Shown piece by piece: positions 12,950 through 25,150 of a DNA stretch of 64,000 nt. Positions within the stretch are counted from its first letter, which is position 1; each line of letters begins with the position of its first letter. The position numbers and the translations under genes were made by a program. The DNA comes from Octopus sinensis. Its lineage: Eukaryota. The DNA lies in NCBI RefSeq assembly GCF_006345805.1, contig NC_043000.1:115382001-115446000 (forward strand), read 5' to 3'. The notes below the pieces were generated by a model. The model worked only from the letters and a program-made list of their open reading frames with translations. It was not told the origin of the DNA and searched no databases.

Positions 12950-13150
12950 CAAGCTGGCAGAAACGCTAGCACGCTGAGCGAAATGCTTAGCGGTATTTCA
13001 TTTGCCGAGGTTGACTTTGCCATTCATCCTTTCGGGGTCAATAATTTAAATACCAGTTACGTACTGGGGTCGATATAATTGACTTAATCCGTTTGTCTGT
13101 CCTTGTTTGTCCCCTTTGTGTTTAGCCCCTTGTGGGTAGTAAAGAAATAG
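12950..13150 (+). mobile_element. SINE type B with internal deletion
   Basis: agctggcagaaacgctagcacg ... tttagccccttgtgggtagtaaagaaata. Confidence 0.8.
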
Positions 13151-14019
13151 GTGTTTTGAGATTGGAACCAAAATTGCTGTACATTAAGGCAAGTAGATTA
13201 ATGATGAGATTGTTGTTGAATATTGCAATCTGGTGTGATTAAACAACCTGACTGCACCAGTGAAGTAGCTGGTAAACATTCACTGATTGACCTACAAAAA
13301 TTAAATATGGGTCAGATATTTCTAGCCTTTGACTTCACAGCATGATAGTTGCTACCGTTGTGCTATTTTAATTAGATACAATAAAGTTTTATGTATATTT
13401 TATTGCTGCTTTTATCTGTGATTAAATATTTTAGGCATAAATTCCATTTGCTTACATCCCACTACTAACTGTTTCAATGGAAAGCTTCCTTCTTCCTCTC
13501 CTCCCACATTTATTGTTTGGTAGCTATTAACTTTTTATAATTCACAAAAGCCTTTTGAACGTTCAGTTTTTGCCCCACCATTATGATACAACAATCGCAG
13601 ACTTGCCCCTTCACCCCATAAATTCTTCCATAGATACTTTTGTTCCAATGTCTATGGAATTGGTTAGAATTTAGTAATTGTATTCTTTTATGATGAAATT
13701 TGGTTGATGTAAATTCAATTGGGGTTAATTTAGTTGTTTAGCTCTGGGCAGATCTACAATCAAAGGCATTTCACTCATAACCATCTTGTTGTCTTTGTGT
13801 GTGAGTGTTTACATTTTTTTAAAAACTGTATTTCTTAACCTGTAAGATGCTCTTATTTCCTGAAAGATTCTTCTGCACTGCATCTTGTCACTAAATGGTC
13901 ATGATGTAGAGTTGTGTCAACTGGGTGCAGTCCTCACTAGAAAGCTGGTCTTATGGGCCTACAGTTAAACTTGACGTGTAATAAATACATCCCTATATTA
14001 TAATTAGTGAAAACACATG

Positions 14020-14260
14020 CCCTAGTGGTTAGGGTGTTGTGCTATGATATCAGGATTGTTGTTTCAATTCTGGACTGGGCATCGTGTAGTGTTGTCAAGA
14101 AAAACACTTCACTTTACATTCTTCCAGTCCTCTCAACTGCAAATAAGTTACCCATGATGGACTGGCATCCTGTTCAGGGGCAATATTGTGAACTTGATCA
14201 CTTGGAAACCGGGTAACCTGTCTTATGAGCCTAGAACTTGAGACAGTAAAGTCCAGGGGC
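14020..14260 (+). mobile_element. tRNA-headed SINE type D
   Basis: catgccctagtggttagggtgttg head and gatggactggcatcctgttcagggg segment; related to 52855-53085. Confidence 0.6.
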
Positions 14261-14884
14261 TGGTGATGATAATATGATTACTATATTTATTGGTGTCATT
14301 ATATATAATAGTAAACTAGTTTACAATGGGTTTAGCAGTACTGTTTTGTTATAGGGTAATCAACAATGAAGCTGCATCATACACCTTTTGTAGACAAGTA
14401 AAAAGTATTACCATAATAAATGCCATCCGTTACCTGTCAGTACGCAGCTGGCATTACTCTTCTGCAGATACTACACAATGGTAACCAAGCTGGGAATACA
14501 AATATATATATATGTGTGTAGTTGTGAGCTACAAGTTGTTTAGTACCAGTCACAACGTAAAAGCTGATCAGTAGTTTAGGACAAACCAGCTGAAGGAAGA
14601 AATCTTCTGGAGAAAAAAAGAGAGAGAATAGGGCATCTCAGAAAATGTGGGTGTAACAAAGAGACAAGATCCTTACAACTGGAGGAGGCTGTAGAATTAT
14701 ACTTTACATCCAATCAGTAAAGTATGGGATATATTGATAAAGATGATTATGTTAGAGGTAAGGTGATAGCCAGAAATGGTAAGTCTATTAGAAGAAGAAT
14801 TGCTTCTTCATCTCGATGCTGTTGTTTTATGAACAGGTGCAACTGGAGTATGAGGATACAAACTAGGATTGCACAAAATATGCT

Positions 14885-15155
14885 TGTATTTAGTCAGTTA
14901 GTCTCTTGCTGAACTATTAAGTTACAGGAGCGTAAACAAACCAAAACTGGTTAACAAGCTGTGGTGGAGGACAAAGAAACATACAATGCCACACAGACGG
15001 GCTTCCACACAGTTTCCATCTAGCAGATTTACTACAAGGCATTAATCAGCTTGGGGCTATGATAGAAGACATTTGCCTTAGGTGACACTCAGCAGGACTG
15101 AACCTGAAACCGTAGTTTCAAAGCAAGCTTCTCAACCATGCAGCCATGCCTGCAT
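14885..15155 (-). mobile_element. Old SINE type A
   Basis: Reverse complement of the type A head and core (ggctgcatggttgagaagcttgc...ggttcagtcc). Confidence 0.65.
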
Positions 15156-15587
15156 CTGTATTTGGTTAAAATTTAATTTCAGAGGGAAAAAAACCTTATC
15201 TACAGGAAACTGCTTGCTTATTTCTCACAAAACCTGCTTCAGATAACGAATATAAACATGAATGTTTTGAATTTCATGACTCAAAACTGTTCCATTAAAT
15301 GGTGCATGTGGGATGCTTTTATTACTAACCGAATGACTGACTATGCAGTTGCAACGGTGAGTCATTCGGCATTTTATGCTGTAGAAATCATAACTAGATA
15401 TTGAAATAGTTAACGTAACCATCCCGTATAGAATGTAGAATTCCATAAACATTTAGGTGATTTACAGGGGATGCTTTATTAGTAGATAAAATACTAACCG
15501 TATTGACACAGATATTCCACCCTGATAATATACGGTTACTTCACTAATAATGAATGGAGAATAACTATTGACTGTGGAATAGGTGTG

Positions 15588-15950
15588 GCTGTGCAGTAAG
15601 AAGTTTGTTCCTCAACCATATGGTTCTGGGAGCAGTCCCACTGTGTGACACCTTAGGCAAGTGCCTTCGACTGTAGCCCTGAGCTGAAGAAAGCCTTGCA
15701 AATGGATTTGGTAGACAGAAAGTAAAAGAGGCTTATTGCCTCTGTGTGTGTGTGTGTTACTGACTCTTTGCCTTTACATCACATGATAGTTGTAAACGAA
15801 TATGATTGTCATAGAAACATATCTGATCATGGAGAAATATTACCTTATTTGGAAACAGGTGAGGTTTGGCAACGTGAAGGCCATCCACCTCAACAAATTC
15901 TATCTGATCCATGTAAGTATGGAAAATTAAACATTGTGATGATGATTAAA
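15588..15950 (+). mobile_element. SINE type A' (type A head/core with RTE-like (TGA)n tail)
   Basis: gtggctgtgcagtaagaag...gcagtcccac...ccttaggcaagtg...atggatttggtagac, then ...gaaggccatcc...agtatggaaaa...gatgatgat. Confidence 0.75.
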
Positions 15951-16301
15951 GTATGACTTGGAATTGTTGAAGTTTTGAATCTAGTACTAACAATTTCATT
16001 CCAATGATTTTCCCTGCCAACTATAAGAAAAAGGCAGCAATTACAACTATTTCGTCTGGATGACAGGAAGGTCCAGAGCTGTTGATGGAGTTAGGAATTT
16101 TATTATTTGAAAGTAAGCATTAAAAAATCCTGACTGAAAAACATTTACATTTGTGTGGTGTAAATTGCTGTTTTGCTAACTAAAAATGTGTTATGTAGAT
16201 ATAACCCTTTTTTTTTCATCATATTTCTGTTGAAAATATACTGCTTTTGTTTCTATTAATTTGAATATGATAAAAAGTGTGGTAAAATAACTTTGTCATC
16301 A

Positions 16302-16757
16302 TTAACCCGCCTGAAACTGGCTCTGGCTCCGAGTACAAATGTCTTGTTTTCATAAGTTTTGAATTAAAATCTTCCACCAAACCTTAGTCACAATTTATGT
16401 TCCTAACACTAACTGAATGATAACTAAGTTATCTTACTAAATTCTTTGTTATATTTGAAATTAATTGAAAGAAACACAGAGCATCTCAACAGAAATATGG
16501 TAACGAAAAGGGTTAAAATATATAATAGAGAAACAATTCTTAACCCTTTCAATACCAACCCAGCTAGAACCAGCTCTGGCTTTGAGTATAAATGTCTTCT
16601 TTTCATGAGTTTTGAATTAAAATCTTCCACCAAACCTTAGTCACAATTTATGTTCCTAGCACTAGCTGAATGATAACCAAGTTACTTTACTAAATTCTTT
16701 GTTATAATTGAAAGAAACACAGAGCATCTCAACAGAAATATGGTAACGAAAGGGTTA
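16302..16757 (+). mobile_element. Tandem dimer of piggyBac-type MITE (family 1) with 23-bp spacer
   Basis: Monomers 16302-16516 and 16540-16757 with TTAA CCC...GGG TTAA termini; spacer aatatataatagagaaacaattc. Confidence 0.85.
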
Positions 16758-17195
16758 AGCTGTTGTTTGGAACATAAATTTACATGCAATTTGATAGGTT
16801 TTTGTGTAGATGGTTTTGAGACTGGATGTTTTTGTCATAGGACCAGAAACAATTTCAAGTGGGTTGGTATGAAAAAGGTTACAGCAATACAATACAATAG
16901 GGTAGCAACAAAAAACCTTATGCTGAAAAAAAGAAAAAAACAGAAAATTCCACAATACAGGAGAAACATAGCTTGTGTTATGTTTCTCCTTTGTCAGGTT
17001 TTTCTAGGTTAGAAAGATTTTTGTTTTTTTTCTTTCTTGCGAATATGAAGCCATTATAAGAGAGTGATGTCATCTGTCTCAAGCGATCAATGTGAACCAG
17101 TTCATCTTGTTCTATAAATACTGAGGAAAATTAAAGTAACAAAACAAAACAATTTACTTGAACTTTATCACTTCTTAAGATATTAAAACTGAAGA

Positions 17196-17662
17196 AAAAG
17201 GTGGCGAGCTGGCAGAATCGTAAGCACACTGGGCGAAATGCTGAGCGGTATTTCGTATGCCGTTACGTTCTGGGTTCAATTTCCGCCGAGGTTGACTTTG
17301 CCTTTCATCCTTTCAGGGTTGATAAATTAAGTACCTATTTCTTTACTACCCACAAGGGGCTAAACATAGAGAGGACAGACAAATGGATTAAGTCGATTAT
17401 ATCTATCCCAGTGCGTAACTGGTACTTATGTAATCGACCCTGAAAGGATGAAAGGCAAAGTCAACCTTGGCAGAATTTGAACTCTGCACATGACGGTAGA
17501 CGAAATACCGCTAGGCATTTCACCCAGCGTGCTAACGTTTCTGCCAGCTTGCTGCCTTAAATTAAGTACCAGTTACGCACTGGGGTCGATATTAATCGAC
17601 TTAATCCATTTGTCCTTATTTGTCCCTTCTGTGTTTAGCCCCTTGTGGGTAGTAAAGAAATA
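17196..17662 (+). mobile_element. SINE type B containing an inverted SINE type B (17336-17557)
   Basis: Outer TSD atattaaaactgaaga (17180-17195, 17663-17678); inner TSD taaattaagtacc (17323-17335, 17558-17570). Confidence 0.92.
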
Positions 17663-17971
17663 ATATTAAAACTGAAGAGAAGCTATTTTAAATTTTCTCT
17701 TGAAGTTCATACGGGTGTGTAGGCTATGTCGAAAACAGGTCTTTTACATAGTAGCTTCTATTTGTATCAACAGACATAGGCATGGCTGTGGTTGAAAAAC
17801 TTGTTTCAGTTCACTCCCACCGCAGTCAAGTGTCTTCTGCTATAGCTCCAGGCTGACCAGTGCCATGTGGGCAGATTTGGTAGACAGTAACAAAAAGATA
17901 CCCACCACACACATATATATGTATGTGTACACCCTTTTCTTGATGCCATGTGATCATCATCGTTTAACGTC

Positions 17972-18329
17972 CGTTGCTCGGGTTTGTTTCGACCCTTTAG
18001 AATTGGAATTTTTGAAAAGTAAAAATTTTGCATTATGTAGCTTGTTATTCTCTTTAAGTGAACATTTTTCTGGTTGAAATACACCAAAAAATGGCGACAC
18101 AGCAGTCAAAAAATCATAAAAAATAGGGATTTTCATAGAAAAAAAGCACCTTTTTGGTGTTAAAATGGTCCAATTTGAATTTTTTTCTTCTACGGAATGA
18201 AGAGCAAGCCTTCTTCTATCATACTCTCAATTTTAGTCAACTTGCGCGGCAGGGTCTCGGAGGAGATAGTGTTAGTTGAAGGCTACCAAACCTGCCATAC
18301 ACAGACAACTTCAGCTTTATATACATAGA
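17972..18329 (-). mobile_element. Helitron family 1 copy with its 3' terminus replaced by an RTE tail tip
   Basis: Near-identical to 10622-11012, but the CTAG end is replaced by catcatcgtttaacgtcc. Confidence 0.85.
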
Positions 18330-18384
18330 TATATAATCTATGAAGTGTGTGGTCTTTCAATTGTAACTTCGTGTGAGTATGTTG

Positions 18385-18780
18385 TGTATCATCATCATCG
18401 TTTTAATGTTCACTTTTCCATGTTTGCATGGATTAGATGCAGTTTACTGAGGCAGATTTTCTACAGCCTGATGATGCCCTTCTTGTTTCCAAGCAAGGTA
18501 ATATTTCTTCATGGTCAGACATGTTTCTCATGGAAAAAAAACTGGGAATGTACAGCAGTGTTGTGTTTACAGCGATGCTCATTTACAAACATCACATTCG
18601 GTCAAAATGAGTACACACACATGTATACATATATCTATATCACGGGCTTCTTTGAGTTTCCATTTACCAAATCCAATCACAAGTGCTTAGAGTGGCCCAG
18701 GGCTACAGTAGAATACACTTGCTCAACCTGGAACCATATGGTTGGGATGTTTGCAAACTTCTTAACCACACAACCGTGAG
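18385..18780 (-). mobile_element. SINE type A'
   Basis: (CAT)n tail, tgtttccaagcaaggtaatatt and reverse-complement type A core/head. Confidence 0.65.
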
Positions 18781-18782
18781 TG

Positions 18783-19160
18783 TCATCATCATCATCGTTT
18801 AATGTCCGCTTTCCATGCTAGCATGGGTTGGACGATTTAATTGAGGGCTGGCGAACCAGATGGCTGCACCGGGCTCCAATCTTGATTTGGCAGAGTTTCT
18901 ACAGCTGGATGCTCTTCCTAACGCCAACCACTCCAAGGGTGTAGTGGGTGCTTTTATGTGCCACTGGCACGGGACCAGTCAGGTGGTACTGGCAAAGACC
19001 TCACTCAAATCTTTTACACATACCACCGGCACAGGTGGCAGTAAGGCGATGCTGGTAATGATCATGCTCAAATGGTGTCTTTTACATGTCACCGGCACAG
19101 AGGCCAGATAGCCGCTCTGGCAACGATCACGCTCGGATAGTGCCCTTGGCACCCTATTAG
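18783..19160 (-). mobile_element. RTE 3'-UTR fragment with ~60-bp hairpin repeats
   Basis: catcatcgtttaatgtccgctttccatgctagcatgggttggacg, followed by repeated gtgccactggcacgg units. Confidence 0.85.
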
Positions 19161-19644
19161 CACGGGGCTCGAGTTCCAGTTGTGCGAGTGAATATGTGTC
19201 TGTTGCATTTCCAAACAATATATTTGTGCGGCTTTCTCTTGTCTGTAAACATTAATATTCACTTGTAACACAAAGTTTTATTGAGCACTTTATTGTACCA
19301 CAAAATAAACAGAAGGGCACTTCCCCCTCCATTCTCACTCTCACACATGCACACATGATAGTAACCATTAAACAAGCTTCCTGCTGAAGCACAATCTATG
19401 TATCACCTATTTGGTGACTGTTACCAAATTATATTACAGAAGGCCTGAAAATTCTTTTATCTCCAATTAATTGCTATTTTAAAATTTTTATTTTCAATGT
19501 TATTTTTATCTCTACAAGGTAATTAGTTACATGCAATAGGAACAGGTTAAACTCCGTGTGTGTGTGTGTATATTTGTGTTAACATATGTGTGTGTGTGTA
19601 TATATTTGTGTTTACATATATGCGTGTGTGTATATATTTGTGTT

Positions 19645-19677
<33 letters not shown>

Positions 19678-19699
19678 ATTAAACACACATACAAGTATT

Positions 19700-19990
19700 C
19701 TTTTGTCTTTTACTTATTTCAGTCATTAGACTGGCCATGATGGGGCGCTACCATGAAGAATTTTAGTTGAAAGAATTGCTGCCCCCACCTCGGACTTTTT
19801 CTTTATTTAAAGCCTGGTTTTTATTCTATCAGTCACTTTTTTTTTTGCCATACTGCTAGGTTACAGGGATGTAAACACACCAACACCAGTTGTCAAGTGG
19901 TGGTTGGAAACACACACAATAGGCTTCTTTCAGTTTCCATTTACCAAATTCACTCACTCACAAAGCTTTGGTCAACCCAAGATGCCACAC
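19700..19990 (-). mobile_element. Old SINE type A
   Basis: ttttacttatttcagtcattagactggccatg ... ggcttctttcagtttcc. Confidence 0.7.
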
Positions 19991-20057
19991 CTACATCTCT
20001 TTATATTATAACTAGCTGGCCCTGTGCCATAAAAATGACGGCTAATTGTAGTGTTTA

Positions 20058-20453
20058 CTAGCAGTATCGCCCGGCATTGCTCGGGTTTGTTTCGACCCTC
20101 TAGAATTGGAATTTTTTGAAAAGTAAAAATTTTGTATTATGTAGCTTGTTATTCTCTTTAAGTGAACATTTTTCTGGTTGAAATACACCGAAAAATGGTG
20201 ACACAGCAGTAAAAAAATCGTAAAAAATAGGGATTTTCATAGAAAAAAAGCACCTTTTTGATGTAAATAATTTTTGGTATTAACATGGTCCAATTTGAAT
20301 TTTTTCTTCTACGGAAGGAAGAGCAAGCCTTCTTCTAGCATACTCTCAATTTTGGTCAACTTGCACCGCAGGGTCTTGGATAGTATTAGTTGAAGGCTAC
20401 CAAACCTGCCATACACACACAGACAACTTCAGCTTTATATATATAGAGAGAGA
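20058..20453 (-). mobile_element. Non-autonomous Helitron, family 1
   Basis: A|TCTCTCTCTATATATATAAAGCTGAAG ... CCCGAGCAATGCCGGGCGATACTGCTAG|T on the minus strand. Confidence 0.88.
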
Positions 20454-20872
20454 TATATAAATAAGGTACATAGTAATCACAGATACATTCACATACTTCC
20501 CCTGTACACACATACACACACAGAATTGAAATGCTGTTTGATCACCCCCCCCCCCCCCGTAGAACTTCCATCACCCCTTCCTTTCCTCATATGTTGTCAC
20601 GGAGAAAAATATGAGTATTATCATAGTAGATTATTATATTATATACACCAATGTCCAAAATAGAAAAATGGCTTGCTTACTTCATTTGAATGTTTTATGG
20701 ACAGAAATCATCATCATCATCGTTTAACGTCCGTTCTCCACGAATATATTACAATTTCCATCATCAAAAAAAAAGCCCACCAGTTTGATCAGTTGGATAC
20801 GTATATTATTTACATTTGTGATTAATAACTGGATAGCAGTTTTATGTTAAAGCAATGAAAATAATAATAATA

Positions 20873-21108
20873 ATTATTTCTTTATTACCCACAAGGGGCT
20901 AAACATAGGGGAGACAAACAAGGACAGACAAAGGTATTGAGTCAATTACGTTGACCCCCAGTGTGTTACTGGTACTTAATTTATCGACCTCAAAAGGATG
21001 AAAGGCAAAGTCGACCTCGGTGGAATTTGAACTCAGAACGTAACGGCAGACAAAATACCGCTAAGCATCTTGTCCGATGTGCTAACATTTCTGCCAGCTC
21101 ACCGTCTT
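20873..21108 (-). mobile_element. SINE type B
   Basis: Full head-to-tail copy flanked by the direct repeat aatgaaaataataataata (20854-20872, 21109-21127). Confidence 0.88.
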
Positions 21109-21324
21109 AATGAAAATAATAATAATACAGCAACACTTGCAGTTGTTAAGCATCAATTTCAGTTTGCTGTTTTAGTAAGTGATGATGAAATAGGAATGCA
21201 GTATGACATTTAGTTTTGAGGCTTGAATTTTTATACACATCAAACTAACAAAGCATTTGTTGTATTGATCGCTTTTGTCCTTTGCATTTGTTAGGTCTAC
21301 TGGATAAATACCATCCGAGCATGA

Positions 21325-21660
21325 TTATTGCCAGAGTGGCTGTCTGGCCTCCATGCCGGTGGCACGTAAAAGACACCATTCGAGCATGATCGTTACCAGC
21401 ATCTCCTTACTGGCACCTGTGCTGGTGGCATGTGTAAAATATTTGAGTGAGGTCATTGCCAGTACCACCTGACTGGCCCCGTGCTGGTGGCATGTAAAAG
21501 CAACCACTACACTCTCGGAGTGGTTGGCATTAGGAAGGGCATCCAGCTGCAGAAACTACCAGATCAAGATTGGAGCATGGTGCAGCCATTTGGTTCGCCA
21601 GCCCTCAGTCAATCGTCCAACCCATGCCAGCATGGAAAGCGGACGTTAAATGATGATGTG
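21325..21660 (+). mobile_element. RTE 3'-UTR fragment with hairpin repeats
   Basis: ggtggcacgtaaaa...ccattcgagcatg units, then ccactacactctcggagtgg...ggacgttaaatgatgatg. Confidence 0.85.
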
Positions 21661-21869
21661 AAGTGTCTGGGTAATACCTGTGTTAATGCTTGTGACTCTG
21701 TCAAGTGTGCCAGCTAAACATACAGGTGTTTTTAGATCCATCTGCTCTGATTGAGCAGAATTACATGTAAAGAGTGAATATGCTTCTGCTACAGGCTAAC
21801 CGAAGACAAAGCAAGTTATAATGGGGAAGTGAAACGTCCACCAAGTTTAGCTGCTATTTCTCATTAAGA

Positions 21870-22060
21870 GCTCACTGCTCCAGTCCTATGGACATGTGAT
21901 TAAAATGTCACAGGAATGAATTGCAAGGCAAATTCTGCAAGCTGAGTGAACTGGCATGAGACCTAGTGCAGGCCAAGAGTAAGACGGTTGGGTAATATCC
22001 ATAGTCTCAATCAGTCTCACCTGGGAATCTAGCCAGAAAGTTTAATGATAGAACCCTAAG
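21870..22060 (+). pseudogene. Decayed RTE-like ORF C-terminal fragment
   Basis: Translates with stops to LQSYGHVIKMSQE*IARQILQAE*TGMRP, the W.GH..RM..ER...G.RP motif of RTE C-termini. Confidence 0.55.
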
Positions 22061-22169
22061 GAGGAGGTGCCCAAGGACTTCATCACAACTCCTCTCTCAG
22101 GAATAAGAAAGAGAAAATGGACGGATGGGAATTTCTAAACAAGTTCAATATTTGGGAAAGGAAATTTGT

Positions 22170-22393
22170 TCTTTCATTACTGTATTTCTGTTTAGATGCT
22201 CTGTGTTTCTTTCAATTGATTTTAAATATAACAAAGAATTTAGTAAAATAACTTAGTTATCATTCAGATAGTGTTAGGAACATAAATTGTGACTAAGGTT
22301 TGGTGGAAGAATTTAATTTAAAACTTATGAAAACAACACATTTGTACTCAGAACCAGAACCGGTTTCAGCCGGGTTGGTAACGAAAGGATTAA
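22170..22393 (-). mobile_element. piggyBac-type MITE family 1 monomer
   Basis: Reverse complement of the 16540-16757 body; one end degenerate. Confidence 0.75.
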
Positions 22394-22947
22394 AGGCTTT
22401 AAAAACTAAAGGATTGGATATCTTGTTAAAAAGATGAAAATAGTCACTATGGTTTTGGCATTCAAGAACTGAATACTGTGTAGTCAGTGCAAGCAGTGGT
22501 AGCAATTAAAATGCAGTAGAAACTTTATAGTTAGACACTTATATTACATTAGAAATATTTGAATTGTGGTGGAGGGGACTGGAACCTGCTCTTTTTACTG
22601 ACCATTGTTGTGTGCGTGGCTTTCTTTTATTTTGTTTCTTTGGGTTATTAAACCTGACTACTACTCGTAACTCATTTACCATTAATGCTTTTGATACTCA
22701 TCAGAATACAAAAGAAGTGGCCTAGTATTTCTCTTGTAATAATACTTTGAATGGAATCTAAACCTGCTCTTTCTAAACACCATATTTGAATTTACTATAA
22801 TTTAGTAGTTTAAATTAGAGTGATCAAAGTTATTTAAGGATGAGATGTCTAACAGCTGTTGTTTAACCCTTTCGTTTCTGTATATATTTTGAGATGTTCT
22901 GTGTTTCTTTCAATTAATTTTCTGCGAATGGACAGAGATTTAGAGAT

Positions 22948-25150
22948 ATGTTACTTGAAGCCTTTGACGAAGTGGAAGGGGGTATAGCTACGCATGGGGT
23001 AGAAGACAACTGGACGTTTCTGAGGGACAACCTGCTGAAAGCCGCTGACCAGATCTGTGGCTGGTGCAAAGTCCCCTTAAGACCCAAAATAACGTGGTGG
23101 TGGAACAATATTGTTGACAGGGCTATTAGACAAAAGAAACAGGCTTGGAAGGACTGGAAGAACGGTGGTAGCAGGGAAGTGTATCAGACTGCCAGAAGGG
23201 AAGCTAGGAGACAGGTCTATCTAGCCAGAGGGGAGGCAGATAAAGAAAAATTTGCCAATGTCCTGCGCCGTGAGGATGAAAGACTTGAGGTATTTCGTGT
23301 TGCAAGACAGTGTGTGAGAGAGAATCGTGACGTGGTAGGAGAGAAATGTGTTCGCAAGGATGACGGTTCACTTGCGCTAAATGAGGATGCAAAGAGAGAG
23401 GCTTGGAGATGCCACTATGAAAGGTTGCTGAATGAGGAAAATGAATGGGATAAAGAGTCTCCCGAATGTCGACCCAACAGAGGGACCAGCAATCCGAGTT
23501 AACAGTTCCTTAGTAGATAAGGCAATTAGAAGCATGAAAACAGGGAAAGCCCCAGGCCCATCAGGAATTACTGCAGAGATGCTCAAAATATCTGGTAGTG
23601 TCGGCTATAGCTTAGTCACCCGTATAGTAAACCAGGTGATACACGAAGGAGTCATACCCAATGACTGGTGTAGCAGCATAATAGTCAACTGCTACAAAGG
23701 TAAAGGCGACGCCCTAGATACAAATAACTACAGGGGCATCAAGCTGCTGGATCAGGTAATGAAGGTTACGGAGAGGGTTATAGCCCAATTAATTAGAGAG
23801 AGAGTTAGCTTAGATGATATGCAGTTTGGGTTCGTGCCAGGGAAAAGTACTACTGATGCTATATTCCTGGTAAGACAGCTGCAGGAGAAATACCTAGCCA
23901 AAGATAAGCCCTTGTATCTGGCTTTTGTTGACTTGGAGAAAGCCTTTGACAGGGTCCCCCGATCCCTTATCTGGTGGTCAATGAGGAAACTAGGGATAGA
24001 TGAATGGTTAGTGAGAGCTGTGCGAGCCATGTACAGAGACGCTGCTAGTAAGGTGAGGGTTGGCAACGAGTACAGTGAAGAATTCCGGGTAGAGGTTGGG
24101 GTCCACCAAGGTTCAGTCCTCAGTCCCCTCCTATTTATCATAGTCCTCCAGGCAATAACGGAGGAATTCAAGACAGGATGCCCCTGGGAGCTCCTCTATG
24201 CTGATGACCTTGCTCTAATTGCTGAGTCACTATCAGAACTGGAGGAGAAGTTTCAGGTGTGGAAACAAGGATTAGAATCGAAGGGCCTTAGAATCAACCT
24301 AGCCAAAACCAAAGTCCTAATAAGTAGGAAGGTGGACCAATCACAAACGACTTCAGGTAGATGGCCCTGCTCGATCTGTAAAAAAGGTGTAGGTAGAAAC
24401 TCTATAAGGTGCACCAAGTGTAAGCTATGGACACATAAGAGGTGCAGCAATGTCAAAGGAAGGCTAACTAAGAAAATAGTTTTTGTCTGTGGCAGATGCT
24501 CAGGAGCAATAAACACTGGAAATGTGCAGAGACCAACTTCTACCACGTTCCAGGGAGACAAACTAGAAGTAGTTGATAGCTTCCGCTACCTAGGAGACCA
24601 AGTCAGTAGCGGGGGTGGGTGTGCTGAAAGTGTAACTGCTAGAGTAAGAATAGCCTGGGCAAAGTTTAGAGAGCTCTTACCCCTGCTGGTGACAAAAGGC
24701 CTCTCGCTAAGAGTAAAAGGCAGACTATATGATGCGTGTGTACGTACAGCCATGCTACATGGTAGTGAAACATGGGCCGTGACTGCTGAGGACATGCGTA
24801 AGCTTGCAAGAAATGAAGCCAGTATGCTCCGATGGATGTGTAATGTCAGTGTTCATAATCGTCAGAGTGTAAGTACTTTGAGAGAAAAGTTGAACCTAAG
24901 AAGTGTCAGTTGTGGTGTGCAAGAGAGACGGCTGCGCTGGTATGGTCATGTGACGAGAATGGCTGAAGATAGTTGTGTGCAAAAGTGCTACACCCTAGCA
25001 GTTGAGGGAACCTGTGGAAGAGGTAGACCCAGGAAAACCTGGGACGAGGTGGTGAAGCACGACCTTCGAACTTTGGGTCTCACCAAGGGAATGACTGAAG
25101 ACCGAGTCCTGTGGAAGTGTGCTGTGCATGAGAGGACCCGGCAGGACTAG
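22948..25150 (+). pseudogene. RTE reverse transcriptase ORF with one frameshift near 23455
   Basis: ...EWDKE|SLPNVDP joins only across two frames, consistent with a 2-bp loss in GAGAGT. Confidence 0.9.

Noticed and set aside
16067-16112. Other exon candidates (16067-16112, 46978-47111, 9787 onward, 48492 onward)
   Set aside because: Frame-shifting lengths, weak sites or no supporting homology.
16990-17013. AG|GT recursive splice candidates (also about 8372, 46240, 48489)
   Set aside because: Donor halves are weak, and such motifs are expected by chance in 43 kb.
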